A stretch of DNA of 64,000 nucleotides from the human T2T-CHM13v2.0 reference genome, Homo sapiens. Positions within the stretch are counted from its first letter, which is position 1. Each line of letters opens with the position of its first letter. This document shows positions 44,090-58,600 of this stretch, one piece after another. The notes under the pieces were generated by a model. The model was not told where the DNA came from and ran no database searches. It saw only the letters and a list, made by a program, of their open reading frames with translations. The position numbers were made by a program, and so were the translations under genes. The stretch lies in NCBI RefSeq assembly GCF_009914755.1, contig NC_060929.1; one strand, given 5' to 3'.

Positions 44090-44590
44090 AGCCAACAGGA
44101 ATTTCCTAGGAGCAATTATGACCAATTCGCTTTGCTTATTTAATTGGTAGTTAAAGAAGTGCTGGGATTAGTACATGAGCAAGGCCTTTGAAGTGATTGC
44201 TCATGATGTCCTTGTGGTTAATAGACACATGTGGGCTGGATGATACAGATTTAGTCAGGTTTATAGGCTGTACTGGAAAATACCTAGAGGGAACCATGGC
44301 TGCCTTTCAGTATTTGAAGAGGGATTAGATTAAATCTTTGAAACACTAGAGGCTAGAGCCAGGATCAATGTTTGAAGTTCAGGGAATCTGATTTTGGCTC
44401 AATAAATAGAAGTGCATTCTAAGAATTAGACTTATTCCGAAATGGAATTGGCTCCCTCTGAGGAAGATGATTTCTGTCTCTGGTTGTATCCAGGCAGATT
44501 TAACCTGTGAGGAATGGGGGAAAAGGGATTCTTGCATTGGTAGAAACCTCAAATAGAAAATCCTGAAAGTTCCTTTCAATTCTGAAAGCT
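44090..44590 (+). mobile_element. L3/CR1 LINE relic
   Basis: CR1 RT-like block 'agcaaggcctttga..ctcatgatgtccttgtgg..atgtgggctggatgata' and 3' end 'gttcctttcaattctga'. Confidence 0.65.
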
Positions 44591-45236
44591 TAAGAATTTA
44601 TGAATATGGTCATTTATGTCTGATAATAGCATGGGACCAGATGTAATTTTGTCATTTGACAAGACCTCAGAAGAAGCACAAAAACTTGCCCTGCCTCTGG
44701 GGGATCATTGTTCACATAAATGATTACTGTCTCAGTGAAGAACTAACTAATCAAGTTTCTTGCTTTACAGAAGCACAAATATACTAGCATTTAGTTTAAA
44801 GAGAAAATGTTTTTTCCTCATTTCAAGAAAATCAGCATATAATGCTAGGGGCCTAAAGCTTGAAGAAATACTACATAATATAATCATTGATGGATACGTA
44901 TTTTTAAAATAAAGATATGCATGCAAGAAATGTGGAAGGTTTTAGTGAGGAATGACATCAGTCCTGTGTAGGTTAGTTATTTGTCAAGATGAAAATTGGC
45001 TTTATATGAAAGTTTGTATTGAAGATGATGAAGTTTTTAGCAGATATTTTTATCACCTGCTTTGACAGAAAACAGTTGAACTTCAGCTATAATCAATCAG
45101 TCATTCAACAAGTTTCATTAAGCACATGCTATACATTTAGCATCAGAGATAGCCATAGGCAAAATGCTTAAGCAGGATAATTTTTTTTTTTTGCCTTTTC
45201 TCTGCTCTTTTCCACTGCGTGTTGTCATGTATTTGA

Positions 45237-45573
<337 letters not shown>

Positions 45574-45635
45574 CTCCACCCTCTACTTCTGAGGAATGGA
45601 TCTGAGAAACTATTTTACACTAAGATGCAAGCTAC

Positions 45636-45855
45636 CACTATGTGTCACTTAATGATGAGGATACATTCTGAGATATGCATCATTAGACAATTTCATCATT
45701 GTGCAAACTTTGTAGAGCACACTTTCACAAATATGTCTAAACCTAGAAAAGGTACCGTAAAAACTCGGTATTATAATCTTATGGGATTATTGTTGGTACC
45801 ATAAGATATACATGGTCCATTGTTGACCAAAATGTCATTATGCAGCACATATCTT
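45636..45855. mobile_element. Tigger3-like DNA transposon, internally deleted
   Basis: 'atgtgtcacttaatgatgaggatacattctgaga..ttgaccaaaatgtcattatgcagcacat'. Confidence 0.8.
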
Positions 45856-45883
45856 ATATATACTAGGTAACTACTTGTTGAGT

Positions 45884-45941
45884 TGAAGTATGAATGAGTG
45901 AATGAAGTATGAATGAGTGAATGAGGTATGAATGAGTGAAT
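45884..45941. repeat. 19-bp minisatellite, about 3 copies (gaagtatgaatgagtgaat), probably from an L2 tail
   Basis: Unit read directly; L2 tails end in (tgaa)n. Confidence 0.8.
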
Positions 45942-48089
45942 GCATGAGCGTATTTCTAATAAGAGGATTGTATTCATTTATTTCTGATGAACATTTTGGA
46001 CTGCCTATTATAAAAAAAAGTTGAATGAATTACACATTGTTCCCACTTTCAAAAGTCTCCAGGATTGTGGTGATAGACCCATGTACACAGAGCTAATTAT
46101 AACACAACGGAAGTGCTGTGCTACTTAACACAATGCTATGGTAACACTGTGTATAACACAGGAGTGCGTGATTAATTTGTTAATTCTACTGCAGTGGAGG
46201 TTGGGCAAAAGGAAGAAGCTGATGGGGGAAAACTGTGGTAAAAGGAATGACATTTAAACTGAGAGAAAAAGAAAAAAAAATACTTCTGTCTCTGAAAGGA
46301 GTAAGGGGAAGGACCTTGTAAGCAGAAGAAAGAGTTTGTATGAAAACTCAAAGGTATTTGCGTTTTAACAGCTACAGATTTCCACTGACATTAACTAGAG
46401 GTAAAAGCATCATTAGTGGGAATTTAGGAGACATTTAGACTTTGCTTAGGAAGTTGCTTATTCTCTAGTATATGGTTAGCCTGGTCCATTACTTTGCTAT
46501 ATGGTAGTAAATTCTATTGTTAGTGGCTAATATTTACTCTTAGTGGTCTGATAAATTCAAATTGTAATGCACATTTCAAAACAGAAATATTTAACTTCAG
46601 CTATATACATTCTTTCTTTTAAAACCAACTTCTGCTGGGTCATTTTTCAGTAAAGTATTCACTTTGTAGGAGCAAACTCCTCTACAGCATGATATATAAT
46701 AATATTAATGTATTACTCTCAGGATTTTTTTCTTTAAAAGCATGTGTTTATAACTTCAGCTGTAGTCTCTTAACATTTAGATCTTTTAGCACCTGACAAC
46801 TTTTATGACAACTCACAAAGCAAAGACACCTCCCACATCTAGAAAAAGCACATCTAGATTTGCTTTTTCTCTCTTGGGCAGAAGCATTGAAAAGAACAAC
46901 TTTCAAGTCAAAAGAATCAAGGTGAAGAGAATGGATACTCATGCCCATGTGAATTTGCTGCCCCAAGTCTACTGGAGGATCAAGCTGCAGGTTTCAATAG
47001 CTATAGCCTGAAGAATCTCTGTAATGAACTAAAACAATCAGTAAAAGATCAGTTGCAGTGGAAGACATTATACTCTAGATTTTTCTAGGATTATTAAATT
47101 TGAAAATGATTTATTCCAAATTTTAACTTAGCTTTTAATTTTACTAGTGTCAAAATGTTGTACTACTTTGGACAACTGATTTTTCCAATAGAGAGTCAAT
47201 AGCATCTTTGCAGGGTGGTTTAAAAGCCAATAATTTAATCCATATTCTACTAAAACTTTTAATATAAGCATTTTACCCAGATGTATTTTTTCCTTGTTTT
47301 AGAAAATCTGATTTTAATTGCTAAAACTCGTTTTTAAATATTAATTCAATGAAAGAAATGCTATGGTTTTCTACTTTTTCATTTCTTAAACTCAAGGGAA
47401 AACATGGGTGAAAAACAAAAAATTGTTCTGCATAGAGTCTTCTTTAATGTCTCACTTTGGTGATGTATGAAATAAAAACCAAATTGTTTTAACCAGCTAA
47501 AAATCTTAGGTTTGAATTATCCAGAATGCTTGTGTTTTGCAGTCATTTCTTGTGATTATTTTATTTTGTTCCTCTGGTATGCACCATCGTATTAACACAT
47601 GCTAAGTAAGGGGCCATTTTTAAACACACATGCTTTTGTTGCTAAATCTGCTTCTAGTTTTGTCTGGGCAAAAAAATATTCTGGAGTTTCTGGTAAGAAT
47701 GGTTAAGGCAGGATGAGTGGAGAAAGCAACTCAAAGGGAACTACAGGAGACAAACTGGGGTTTATTTGATACGTAAAGGCCATCTTTTGTGACTCTGCTC
47801 TTTTAGGGGGTGTATGTATCATTTTCTCATTTGAATGTCTTTGTGGTGCAAATATAGGCAATTTAATCAAACACATCAAAGAATCTTAGTCATTTATCTG
47901 TGTATTATGTGTACTTATTACAGTGTAGTCAAGTGGACTGCATTTGACTTTTAGAACTAACTGAAATGATCTGTCATACAGTCACTACCAGTAGATGATC
48001 ACCTGAAACTGAAGTGTTCATGGTTATTTATTGGAAAGCATTTTTAAGGAGACATTTCTTTCCAATGTTGCAACTGTATTAACACTGTT

Positions 48090-48227
48090 TGGTTGTAACA
48101 GGGACTCATGTCAGATTAGCTTAATTAAAGCATAAGAATTTATTATAAGTATACCACACAGAGCACCAGGGTAGGAGATGGAACAACTGGGCCTCATGAG
48201 GGACTGCATCTAGGAATCTGGATGGGA

Positions 48228-48283
<56 letters not shown>

Positions 48284-48500
48284 TCTCCCCTCTCTGCTTC
48301 TAGGTGTACCTCTGCTTCAGTATTCTCTCTGCTTCTTCATCCTTCATTCCATCTACTTTCTCACAGCATCCACATTTACATGTTCTCTCTTTTCTTTAGC
48401 CAAGTAGTCTTCAGCTTAGATTTCTAAGAAAGAAAATCTGATTGACCCTGATTGGGGATAGGTATTGACCATTGGTTGACAAGACCACTCCAAAGATGAC
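48090..48500 (-). mobile_element. MLT1 (K-like) LTR relic
   Basis: 'aatctgattgaccctgattggggataggtattgaccattggttga' resembles old MLT1 LTRs in reverse. Confidence 0.5.
48228..48287. repeat. (CT)n microsatellite
   Basis: Read directly from the sequence. Confidence 0.92.
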
Positions 48501-48764
48501 CCAGTTAAAAACGGAATCAATTCAGTACACATACACACACACACACACACCCCACAGCCTCTGGATTTTCAACAAGTACAGTATACTCACCAAAACTTTA
48601 CTATGTAAGGCATTTAAAAATACTTTTGCAATATATTTTAGGAAATTTAATATAGAGAGGTAACTTGTATTGGAAAAAGAACAAGGGCTTAAGGAAGTGA
48701 CAGCTTTGCTTAGGTTTTTTGCACTGACATGTAGTAAGTTATGGGGCTGTAGGGAGTTTTCCAT

Positions 48765-48910
48765 TTTTACAGTCTCAGTTTCCACACCTGTAAATTGGGG
48801 ATAACGATACCTGTCTTACAGGAGTTCTTCTGATAATGAACAATAGTATGCATGAAATGACTAGAACAGTGTGTAAATTCATGCTAATAGTCAATAAAAG
48901 GAGCTATTAC
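48765..48910 (+). mobile_element. MIR relic
   Basis: 'gtctcagtttccacacctgtaaattggggataacgatacct'. Confidence 0.75.
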
Positions 48911-49138
48911 TACTATCTTTATATTTTGTGTGATTTAGGGTCATATAATCAGCATTTTAAAATCAGATGAGGTCATATATGTTGTTGGCTCAAAGAAGCT
49001 ACCTTGAGGCACTCCCTGAAGAACTTCAAAATAAATGCATATTCTTTTCTCAAAGTTAACTAAAAAGTCAACTCATAGTGGAATAGAGAAAGGTATACAA
49101 AGTCAATTTAAAGCCATCTTTCCCAAGCTTCTGTTATT

Positions 49139-49456
49139 TTCTTTTCTCTCTCTCTCTTTTTTTTTTTTTTTTTTGAGACAGAATCTCACTCTGGTCACCC
49201 AGGCTGGAGTGCAGTGGTGCAAGCTTGCCTCACTGCAACCTCTGCCTTCCAGGTTCAAGCAATTCTGCTACCTCAGCCTCTGAGTAGCTGAGATTACAGG
49301 CATGCGCCACCATGCCTGGATAATTTTTGTATGTTTAGGAGAGACGGGGTTTCACAATGTTGGACAGGCTGGTCTCAAACTCCTGACCTCAAGTGATCTG
49401 CCTGCCTTGGCCTCCCAAAGTGCTGCAATTCCAGGTGTGAGCCACCACGCCCAGCC
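49139..49456 (-). mobile_element. AluS
   Basis: Full dimer; perfect 15-bp TSD caagcttctgttatt at 49124-49138 and 49457-49471. Confidence 0.95.
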
Positions 49457-50068
49457 CAAGCTTCTGTTATTGGTAAACTTTTTCCACAAATTGTTGATAT
49501 CTCTGTAATACCTAAACAATTATTTAATGTTTTTCACTAAATTAACTTTATATAAATTCATCATTTTAAGTTATTAACCTCATGTTTGTAATACTATTTT
49601 TGAAATTAGGATTTGACATACTGGTTATATATATTTTCCTAATAACCATGATCATAAATGTGTAACTATTCATGTAAAAAAGAGTTCATCCTTTTACCAT
49701 ATAAAATGAACTTGAGGTAACACTGACTTCACAAGACGTCTTCAGAGCCAATACAATTGACCTAAATCAGAATTAAAACAACATATTTAAAGAAATAAAT
49801 ATGTCATTCAGAAAAAGAGAGTTGGTCAGCCCTGGAACAGAGCAGAAATGAGTCACCGTGGTGACCATCAGCTGACAGCCTCAGCACTCTCTGGGTACCC
49901 TGCAGGCCCATGCAGTCAGCTCCACCCTTTGGCAGGTCTTTCCATCTCCTGGAGACAGACATATCACAAGCCACTTAACTTCCCTATGATTCAGTTTATT
50001 TGTTTGTGAAATAGGGATATCATATAGTTCTCAAATATTTGACATGAGAAAGCATAAAAGAATGTCCT

Positions 50069-50407
50069 TGCTATGGACTGTTTGTGTCCTCTCCCCATTC
50101 ATGCCCCCAGTGTGATGGCATTTGGAGGTGAAGTCTTTGGGAGGTACTTAAAATTCCGTGAGATTATGAGGGGGGCCCTATAATGGGATTAGTGCTCTTA
50201 TAAGAAGAGGAAAGGACCAGAGTCCTCTCTCTCTGCTATGTGAGGATACAGCAAGGAAAATCACAAAGAGGGCCCTCACCAGGAGCTGAATCAGCTGGCA
50301 TGCTGATCTCAAACTTCCCAGCCTACAGAACTGAGAAATAAATTTTTGTTGTTTAAGCCACCCAGTCTATGATACTTTTGTTATAGCAGCCCAAACTGAT
50401 TAAGACT
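50069..50407 (+). mobile_element. MLT1A-like MaLR solo LTR
   Basis: 'tgctatggactg..ttgttatagcagcccaaactgattaagac'; perfect 5-bp TSD gtcct. Confidence 0.9.
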
Positions 50408-51080
50408 GTCCTGAATAAAACTTTTTAAAATTAAAAACAAAACTTTTTACTCTAATCTTCTGTTGGGTAGGGCAACTTGACTTATCAGGCTTCATGAGTT
50501 GTTTTTCCGTTGGCAGTTATATAAATTGGCAAAGAGGCCTTACATGTCCACCTTATGAACTTTGTGAGACAACTCTGATAATTAATTAAACTGCAAGTCC
50601 CAGGGAAGACCCTGGTTAGTGTTAAAGGTGCCAAGGTAAATCCTATACTGGTCTGGACTCCTGAGGGCTAATTGAATTTCTCAAGGTATCAGGGTGCAAA
50701 TGCTTCTAACACTTGTAATATGCTATATAGTTTATTAATCAGCTATTTACAGAAATCTAGCTACAAATATGACATTGCCAATAGGAAAATACTCTAAAGA
50801 GATTCCTGGGTCTCATAGTTTATCATCTCACTAAGGAATTCACAGGTGCATACATGATTTTTTTATATATATGAGTACTTCTCCATATATTACCTCACAA
50901 TAACCCTATGTAACAGTTGAAAAAACTGAGGCACAGAACTTAAATGACTGACTGAAAGTCCACAGTGAACGTTTAATGGTGGAACTAAGATTAGAGTTCA
51001 AAGTCCAGCATTCTTTACAAAGTGGTTGCAAACCCCAGGATTGTCTTCTTAGAGGGAAGATACCCAGGCCCCTTAAATAG

Positions 51081-51409
<329 letters not shown>

Positions 51410-52730
51410 AGAAATCTGCATTTTAATGAAACCTCAGGTGATTCTAGTGCGTATCATCTGCTATGATAAACATCATATTAGGTTATGCAATGTTCTTATG
51501 AAGTAACTTGGCAGCAGTTGCAAAACAACACACAAATATGTTTAAAATTCTAGAGTATGGAGTTATGCCGAGACGCAAGTGATGAAGACGAGGGTGCCAG
51601 AGAGGACAAGATCTTTTGTGCAGGCTGGTGCTGACCACGCACACAAAGGGGACATTTAGGTTGTCTGGAATTCCTTCAGTGATTTGGGCAATGTTTGCTC
51701 ATCACTTCTTTCAGCTCACACAAGAAATCCCAGGAGCATTTTGCCTTAAAATTCTTATTCCTTTATTCGAAAAAATAAAAAATTAAAACTGGACTCAATG
51801 TCTTAAATTAGGAAAGAATTCAGCATCAAATGTTTCTTTTTGCCCTTATATGGATTTTTTTGAAAGCTCTGTCTAAAATACCATGTTCTTTCCATGTCAT
51901 CTTCATTGTGAATGCAGGCAACAGGATTCTGCCCTTGGATGGCTTTCAGGGGAAGAGACAGAACAAAACAACAAAACACTTTATGTTTCTTTTCAACAGC
52001 ACAGATTTTTACATGTGAGGGTCAGGGTTGAGTTCAAAATGTTGCTCATTTGGGAGCAATGAATTTCTGTTTTTCAGATGATATGAAAAAATATAGAGTA
52101 AACGAAGCATAGGAAAACACTGACAGTTACTTTGCAACGATGTGAATGGAAAAACTGTACAGATTGCATTATATTTGAGTGGACATTTTAGCATGAATAC
52201 TCATGTGTAATTCATCTCTTACCCTCAAAGTTAGAAGCCTATGACTCTGGCAAGCAGGCATTTGTTCGGAACCCTGGCTTTCAACAGCCATCACTGTGTA
52301 CCGGGAGCCAGTATGGGATTCCCCCTCAGGGGATGGAAAGTGGCAGGAAGTGACCTCTCAATTGGACCATTGTCTAAGGAAATGTTCTAAACGTCTTTCC
52401 CTCAGCCTGGTTGGAGATACATAATCAACATATTTGTGCCATGAGAAGGGAGCCCCAGTCAGGGCCAGTCCTTCTGCAAACAGCTCCTTCTTATTTGTTC
52501 TTCCCTTTTGTCTAGCTTTGGGGAATCGCTGTGATTCAGCACTTAGGTGAGTGGTTATTCCTGTCTCCCAGATCATACGTCCCTTCACCTAACTTGTGAA
52601 TTTCCCTCTGATATCTTACTGATGACATTCCAGAAAGCAGCATATCCAAGACTATTACTGGCTAGATACAAGGCAGGGACATTTGCTATTTATGGCCTCT
52701 GCCATTTCTCACTGTATTCCTTCATTTTAA

Positions 52731-52994
<264 letters not shown>

Positions 52995-53603
52995 TGAATG
53001 AATAAATAAATAAACTTGCAGTGTCAATGATTATAGGGACAGTCCCTTTTCCCTCTGCCCTTGCTCCAAGAGGTCTTTTGAGTTACCTGTCCTTGAAACT
53101 AGATCTGGCTTCAGCCCTGTGTCTTTGCTTCTGGCTTAACTGCCATGGTGCCATTTTGTACACATTGTAAACAAAATGGAAAGATAAGAGTGGGTGAAAT
53201 AAGCCATGGCCAGAGCTACTGGTTAAAATCATGACAAAGGCAAGATTTATGCTTAGTGTCTTCCACCATTTCTGCCCATGGTCACTGACTCCCTCTAGGT
53301 GGGCCCCTGCTTTGCCATCAAACTTTTACCAGGTTCACCAAAATACTCACTGAACTTAGAAGGCACCACATCCAAATCGTTCTTTATCTATTATCTGTCT
53401 GAGCTTATCTGTACTCCATCTCAAATGCCCTTACTTTCTGCTAAGTGACAATACTTGGTAATAGATGAATGAAATAAACCAGGCTTTCCTGTTATAAGAC
53501 CTAGCCAATATGGTACCCTTCTCAAGAATCAAAATGTCTCAACTTGATTTAAAGACCCTTTAGTATTTGTGCTAGGTATATTGATTTGCTTTTAATAAAA
53601 TCT

Positions 53604-53774
53604 CTTTTCTTTACTTTTTTTTTTTTTTAAGAGATGGGGTCTCACTCTGTAAGCCCAGGCTGGAGTACAGAGGCATAATCATAGCTCACTGCAGCCTCAA
53701 ACTCCTGCACTCAGGAAATTCACTTCTGCCTCCAAAAAAGCTGGAACTACCAGCACACACAACCACACCTGGCC
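53604..53774 (-). mobile_element. FRAM / Alu right monomer
   Basis: Single monomer with a T-tail, ending 'cacctggcc'. Confidence 0.85.
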
Positions 53775-54579
53775 AAATTGCCGTTACAATCTCTTAAATT
53801 CCTTCCTTCTTCTATGTTTATTTACATGGTTGCTGTCCTGGTTCTGGCAAAACAGGTCTGGTTTTCTTGCTTTGTCTCTCTTAGCAGTCCATCCAATGAT
53901 CTGTTGCCAAATTGATCTTTTTTAAAACATCTCTTTTATCATGTTACTTTTTGTCTAAAATTGCACTCATTGATTCACATTGTATTGCCTGCATGGTGGA
54001 CTTAAAACATATAGGCCACCTCTTTCCCACTCCTCATGGTAGACATTAGTAATCAATCATTCTTTGTTTGCCTAAGAGCCCATGGCCTAAGAACACAGAT
54101 TTCTAATGAACCACTATCAATTGCTAGGAGATCTCCACATGAAACTTCTTTCTCATACTCAATGGACCACAATGGGAAATTCAAAGTCAAAGTCCATACC
54201 CAGGAATTCAACATAAGTTAATCCCATTATGCCTTTCATTGAATGTAGGTACAAAATTTTCCTACTGTGCTCCAGCAAAATTCTGAACATAACTCTCTGC
54301 TGAATATACTCTATTCTGACCAGACTCTGGGCTACTCTTTCTGAAATTCCACTGCTGGTAATGTTCACTCTACTTTTCTAACTTGATCCAAACAGGCCCG
54401 TGTTTCAAGGCCAAGCTTGAATTCTTCTCACTCCCTGAATACTTCCTAGGACATGTCAGGCAGGGATTGTCTTAACTCAAAGAACTGTCTATGCCACTCA
54501 TTTAGCCAACAAGTATTACAGATTTGTGAATGGGCTCTCTTGTGGCTATTATTTACTTGTCGATTGTGTGCCTTCTTTT

Positions 54580-55103
54580 TTTTTTTTTCTTTTTTTTGAG
54601 CCTCACATTTTCTTTTTTTTTTATTGTTATTATACTTTAAGTTTTAGGGTACATGTGCACAACGTGCAGGTTTGTTACATATGTATACATGTGCCATGTT
54701 GGTGTGCTGCACCCATTAACTTGTCATTTACATTAGGTATATCTCCTAATGTTTTCCCTCCCCTCTCCCCCAACCCCACGACAGGCCCCGGTGTGTGATG
54801 TTCCCTTTCCTGTGTCCAAGTGTTCTTACTGTTCAATGGGACTGTAAACTAGTTCAACCTTTGTGGAAGACATTGTGGCAATTCCTCAAGGATCTAGAAC
54901 TAGAAATACCATTTGACCCAGCCATCCCATTACTGGGTATATACCCAAGGGATTATAAATCATGCTGCTATAAAGGCACATGCACACATATGTTTATTGC
55001 AGCACTATTCACAATAGCAAAGACTTGGAACCAACTCAAATGTCCATCAATGATAGACTGGATTAAGAAAATGTGGCACATATACACCATGGAATACTAT
55101 GCA
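54580..55103 (-). mobile_element. Short L1PA (about L1PA4) with a 5' inversion
   Basis: T-tail and 3'UTR in reverse (to 54837), then the ORF2 end in forward orientation (54837-55103). Perfect 14-bp TSD gtgtgccttctttt at 54566-54579 and 55104-55117. Confidence 0.96.
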
Positions 55104-55404
55104 GTGTGCCTTCTTTTCTAGATAGATTTCAGAAGGGAGGGACTACATTTCTACCTCTTTCTATTTTTCCTAGTGCTAATTTACAACATCATATGAAATG
55201 CAGGCCTTTATTACTTGATTTCAGATATGGAGGCAGGTGAGTATAGGAGAGATTAAAATTACATTCACAGACACATACCATATTTCTCATTCTCTAGCAT
55301 AAAATATTTCTAAACATGGAATTGTACATCTGGGTGACAACCCTCAAACTGCAATTGGGAGCTAAGGATATAATCTTTAAAACAATTTGGTATAGTTTTG
55401 TTTT

Positions 55405-55630
55405 GTAGCTAATGTTTATTAAGTACCTATTGTGTGCCAGGCACTGTGCTGAAGATTTACACACAGGATCTTTTTTAATTTTCACAACTACCTTGTGAGG
55501 CAGAGACTATCCTATCTTCAATTTGTAGATGGAAAAAAAAAAAACCAGGCTCAGAGAGCTTATATAATGTACCCAAGGACACAGAAATGGTATATAGCAG
55601 AGAACCGGGATTCTACCTGGCTGTCTGCTG
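55405..55630 (-). mobile_element. MIR
   Basis: 'tttattaagtacctattgtgtgccaggcactgtgct..aggctcagagag..cccaaggacacag'. Confidence 0.85.
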
Positions 55631-58600
55631 TCTGACAATTGGGCCTTTTCTCATCATCACCACTAATATAGCAAAATACAATACAGTGAAAAGATTACCT
55701 CACAGATGGATTTGGCGACTGCTTTTAGAATTTCAGTGAGTAACATGAAAACTTAAAGAAGAGTGATAAATGTCAGGATGCTTCTGTGGAAGAAATGTGA
55801 TTGTTTGGTTTATCACAAGTGAGCAAAGAATGCTCAGAGACTGGACTGGTATTTAACAGTATAAATCTGAAATCATGAGAACAGACTAAAGGAGTGCAAT
55901 AGAGAAGGGAAGAGAGTGTCTGGGAGGCTGCAATACGGTAGGTTTGAGAAAAATAAGGGAAGGGGCTGAAAGTCTTCTGGAATAGGCTACCCCAGAGAAA
56001 AAGGAAGAGGGATAGACTAGCCTATTGTAAGTGAGGAGATGCTAAGAGAGAGCATAATGAGAAAATGGGCCATGTGTAATGACTGTCTTAGCTATCGTAA
56101 CTCAATGGAGTGTAGTTCATACATTCTCTTACACTAATAAAACTGCTGTTCCCTATACTGTATTTGCGAAATGGCAATGGCTAAGAAGCCAGAGAGAGCT
56201 GGGGAAAGATTGAAAGCCATGAACGCTCCCTTTGGACAGTTCCTTCCAGTCTCCATCTTAGGCATTTATACTTGTAAGGGTAACTTGAGATGATCCAGCA
56301 ATTGTCAAATGAGTGAGTTCTGTGGTGCACCTCCAAGTTTTGTCTTATCCTGCAAGCCCACAAAAATCTTCCTATGTAGGATTAGTCCTTAAAACAGTCC
56401 TCACTGGGGAGAAAAAGGTGAGGACGTGCCCCCTCTTCTCTGTGCCCGTAGTTTTAATTGAGCCTCAAGTGAGTTTCCTTAGAAGTCAATTTCCCAAAGG
56501 GGACAGGGAAGCGTGTGAAACAAAATGAGAGGTGGGGTCATAATTCCCAGAAGTCTTCTGACTTCTTTTTAGACCCTGGTCAAGGATAGAGCTGTTTGTT
56601 GTAATAAAAAACTCAGTAGCAGGAAGTTGAAATGGAGGTTAAACTTAAAAAAAAAAAAGAGCTAATTTTAGCTCCATTCAAAACCCAGGAAAAAAAAATC
56701 AGTGTTTACAAAATTAAGATTAATGGGCTGCCAAAATTCAACTCATTAGTTAGCAACACTACAATGTAGTGATGAAGTTTGTGCTGGTTGGACTTACAGG
56801 GAATTAAAACTATATGATTGGGAATGCTTTTCCCCTTGCATTTGACTTAATGATTATGGACCTTTCTACTGAAAAGAGTGGGTCTAAAAATTCCTGCCTA
56901 AGAGTTTACCAATCTCACTTGTAGTTTACTCATCTCACTTGACATAGAGGGGGGTCTTGTCAAAATATACTGAGTGCTGAAGATCATGGTTATTATAGCT
57001 TAAAAGCTTTTGCAGATATTGATCTAGACACTAGAATGTCCCTCCTTGTGTAGATAAAATACTCCTGGAGACTTGAAGGAAATACACCAGGAAAAAAAAA
57101 CCCAGAAAAACAGAGACTTCTTTTCTTTTTGACAAATATGGAGCTCTTTTCCTTCCACAGGGAGGCAATCAATTGAGATGATGGTTTGTGGAAGGCCTTA
57201 GGGTGGACAAGAGCTGATTGGGTGTGCTATGCATAAAGGTCCTTTCTCATACAACATCTCTGTGCAGGAGGTGGGCAGATGGCAGGCCAGCTTGGGGGGA
57301 TAATTGGAGAACAGAATGAGAGGACAGAGCGTGTGTATAATGCTGCGCTGAGATAACACATGCAGAAATCCCTAACTCCGTGTCTGGCACAAAATAAGGA
57401 CTAAAATGTTCATTTGGTGTTTCTATTGTTGTAGTCATATATATTCATTTTAGTTCAACTTTTAAAGTTGCTTTATTGCTTCACCAGGGGATCTCAAGTT
57501 AACCTCTGACTGGTGATCAGTGTATCAGAAAAATATTATGTTTCATGTAGATATTATAACCAACATTGGCCCTGTAAGAGCTCTCTTGATTTCAGAAAAG
57601 AGTGTCTTTGAAAATTCCCTTCAAGTCCCATGAAGTGTATATCTGTGTTTCTTTGAGTCTGATTATCCACCTTACATCTGTACAGAAGTTAGCAATTAGT
57701 CTTCAAAGGGGCTAATGGGAAAACTGTCCCTTCATAGAACCTTTAGAGGTGGAAGCGGCCTTAGAAATTCTGTGGCTTAATTTTATGAGAAGACAGTGAT
57801 TTCTTTAAAGCCACAAAACTAGTTAATGGCAGAGAAGGAGTGAGAGGATAGCTCTTTTGAATTCTAGGCCAATATTCTCTTTCCTCAATAGAAGATTAGA
57901 GACTTATTTCTTGTCTAAGTTTTCTGAGTAGACTTCTTAGGCAATATAAAGTATAAGCTGGACAAAATATAGGCTGTCCTGAAAGGGAACCTTCCCTTAT
58001 AGGGTGATGAGAGAGGAGTCAGTAGGACTGAGTGCATTTTTATTGCAATCTTTCCAGCCCACTTGCTGGCTGTCACAGGATAGCCCGGAAGGCTGTACAG
58101 CTGTGCATGATTAGGGCATGTAGGTCTCTCTCCGGGCCAACTATAACCTCAGGTGTGGTTTTCCTTATGTTACAGATCAGCTAGGAAGAGACTACTCCCA
58201 GTGGGCACAGCATTTCCTTGAGGAGATGAGGAAGATGGGAAAGATTCTAGTTCTCTGAGACAGTGGAGTATGACAATACTTTCCCCCCTTTTGGCTCATA
58301 CTCAGTCTACCTTTGGTTCTGAGAATACAAAATTCAGGATGCAAAAGAAACATTAGACCCTATGTTTGCCCTCTTCAGTGTATGTTTGCATATGTTTGGG
58401 GAGGAGGGAGAAGAAGGAAACTCCTGTATTTTAAGTGGTGATTGGAGGGGTTTGCTGGGAGAGAGTGAAGAACACATAAATGGAAGAGGAAAATAATAAA
58501 TAATAGCTAGAGACAAAAATAATTTCAGGTTGCTAATTATTACTAAGCTGATTAACTTAAAAGAAATTAAAAGAGCAGATATGATCCTGGGTAGCTACAT

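Noticed and set aside
51579-51634. GTGATGA..CTGA resembling snoRNA C and D boxes
   Set aside because: No terminal stem, short spacing and no recognisable rRNA guide.
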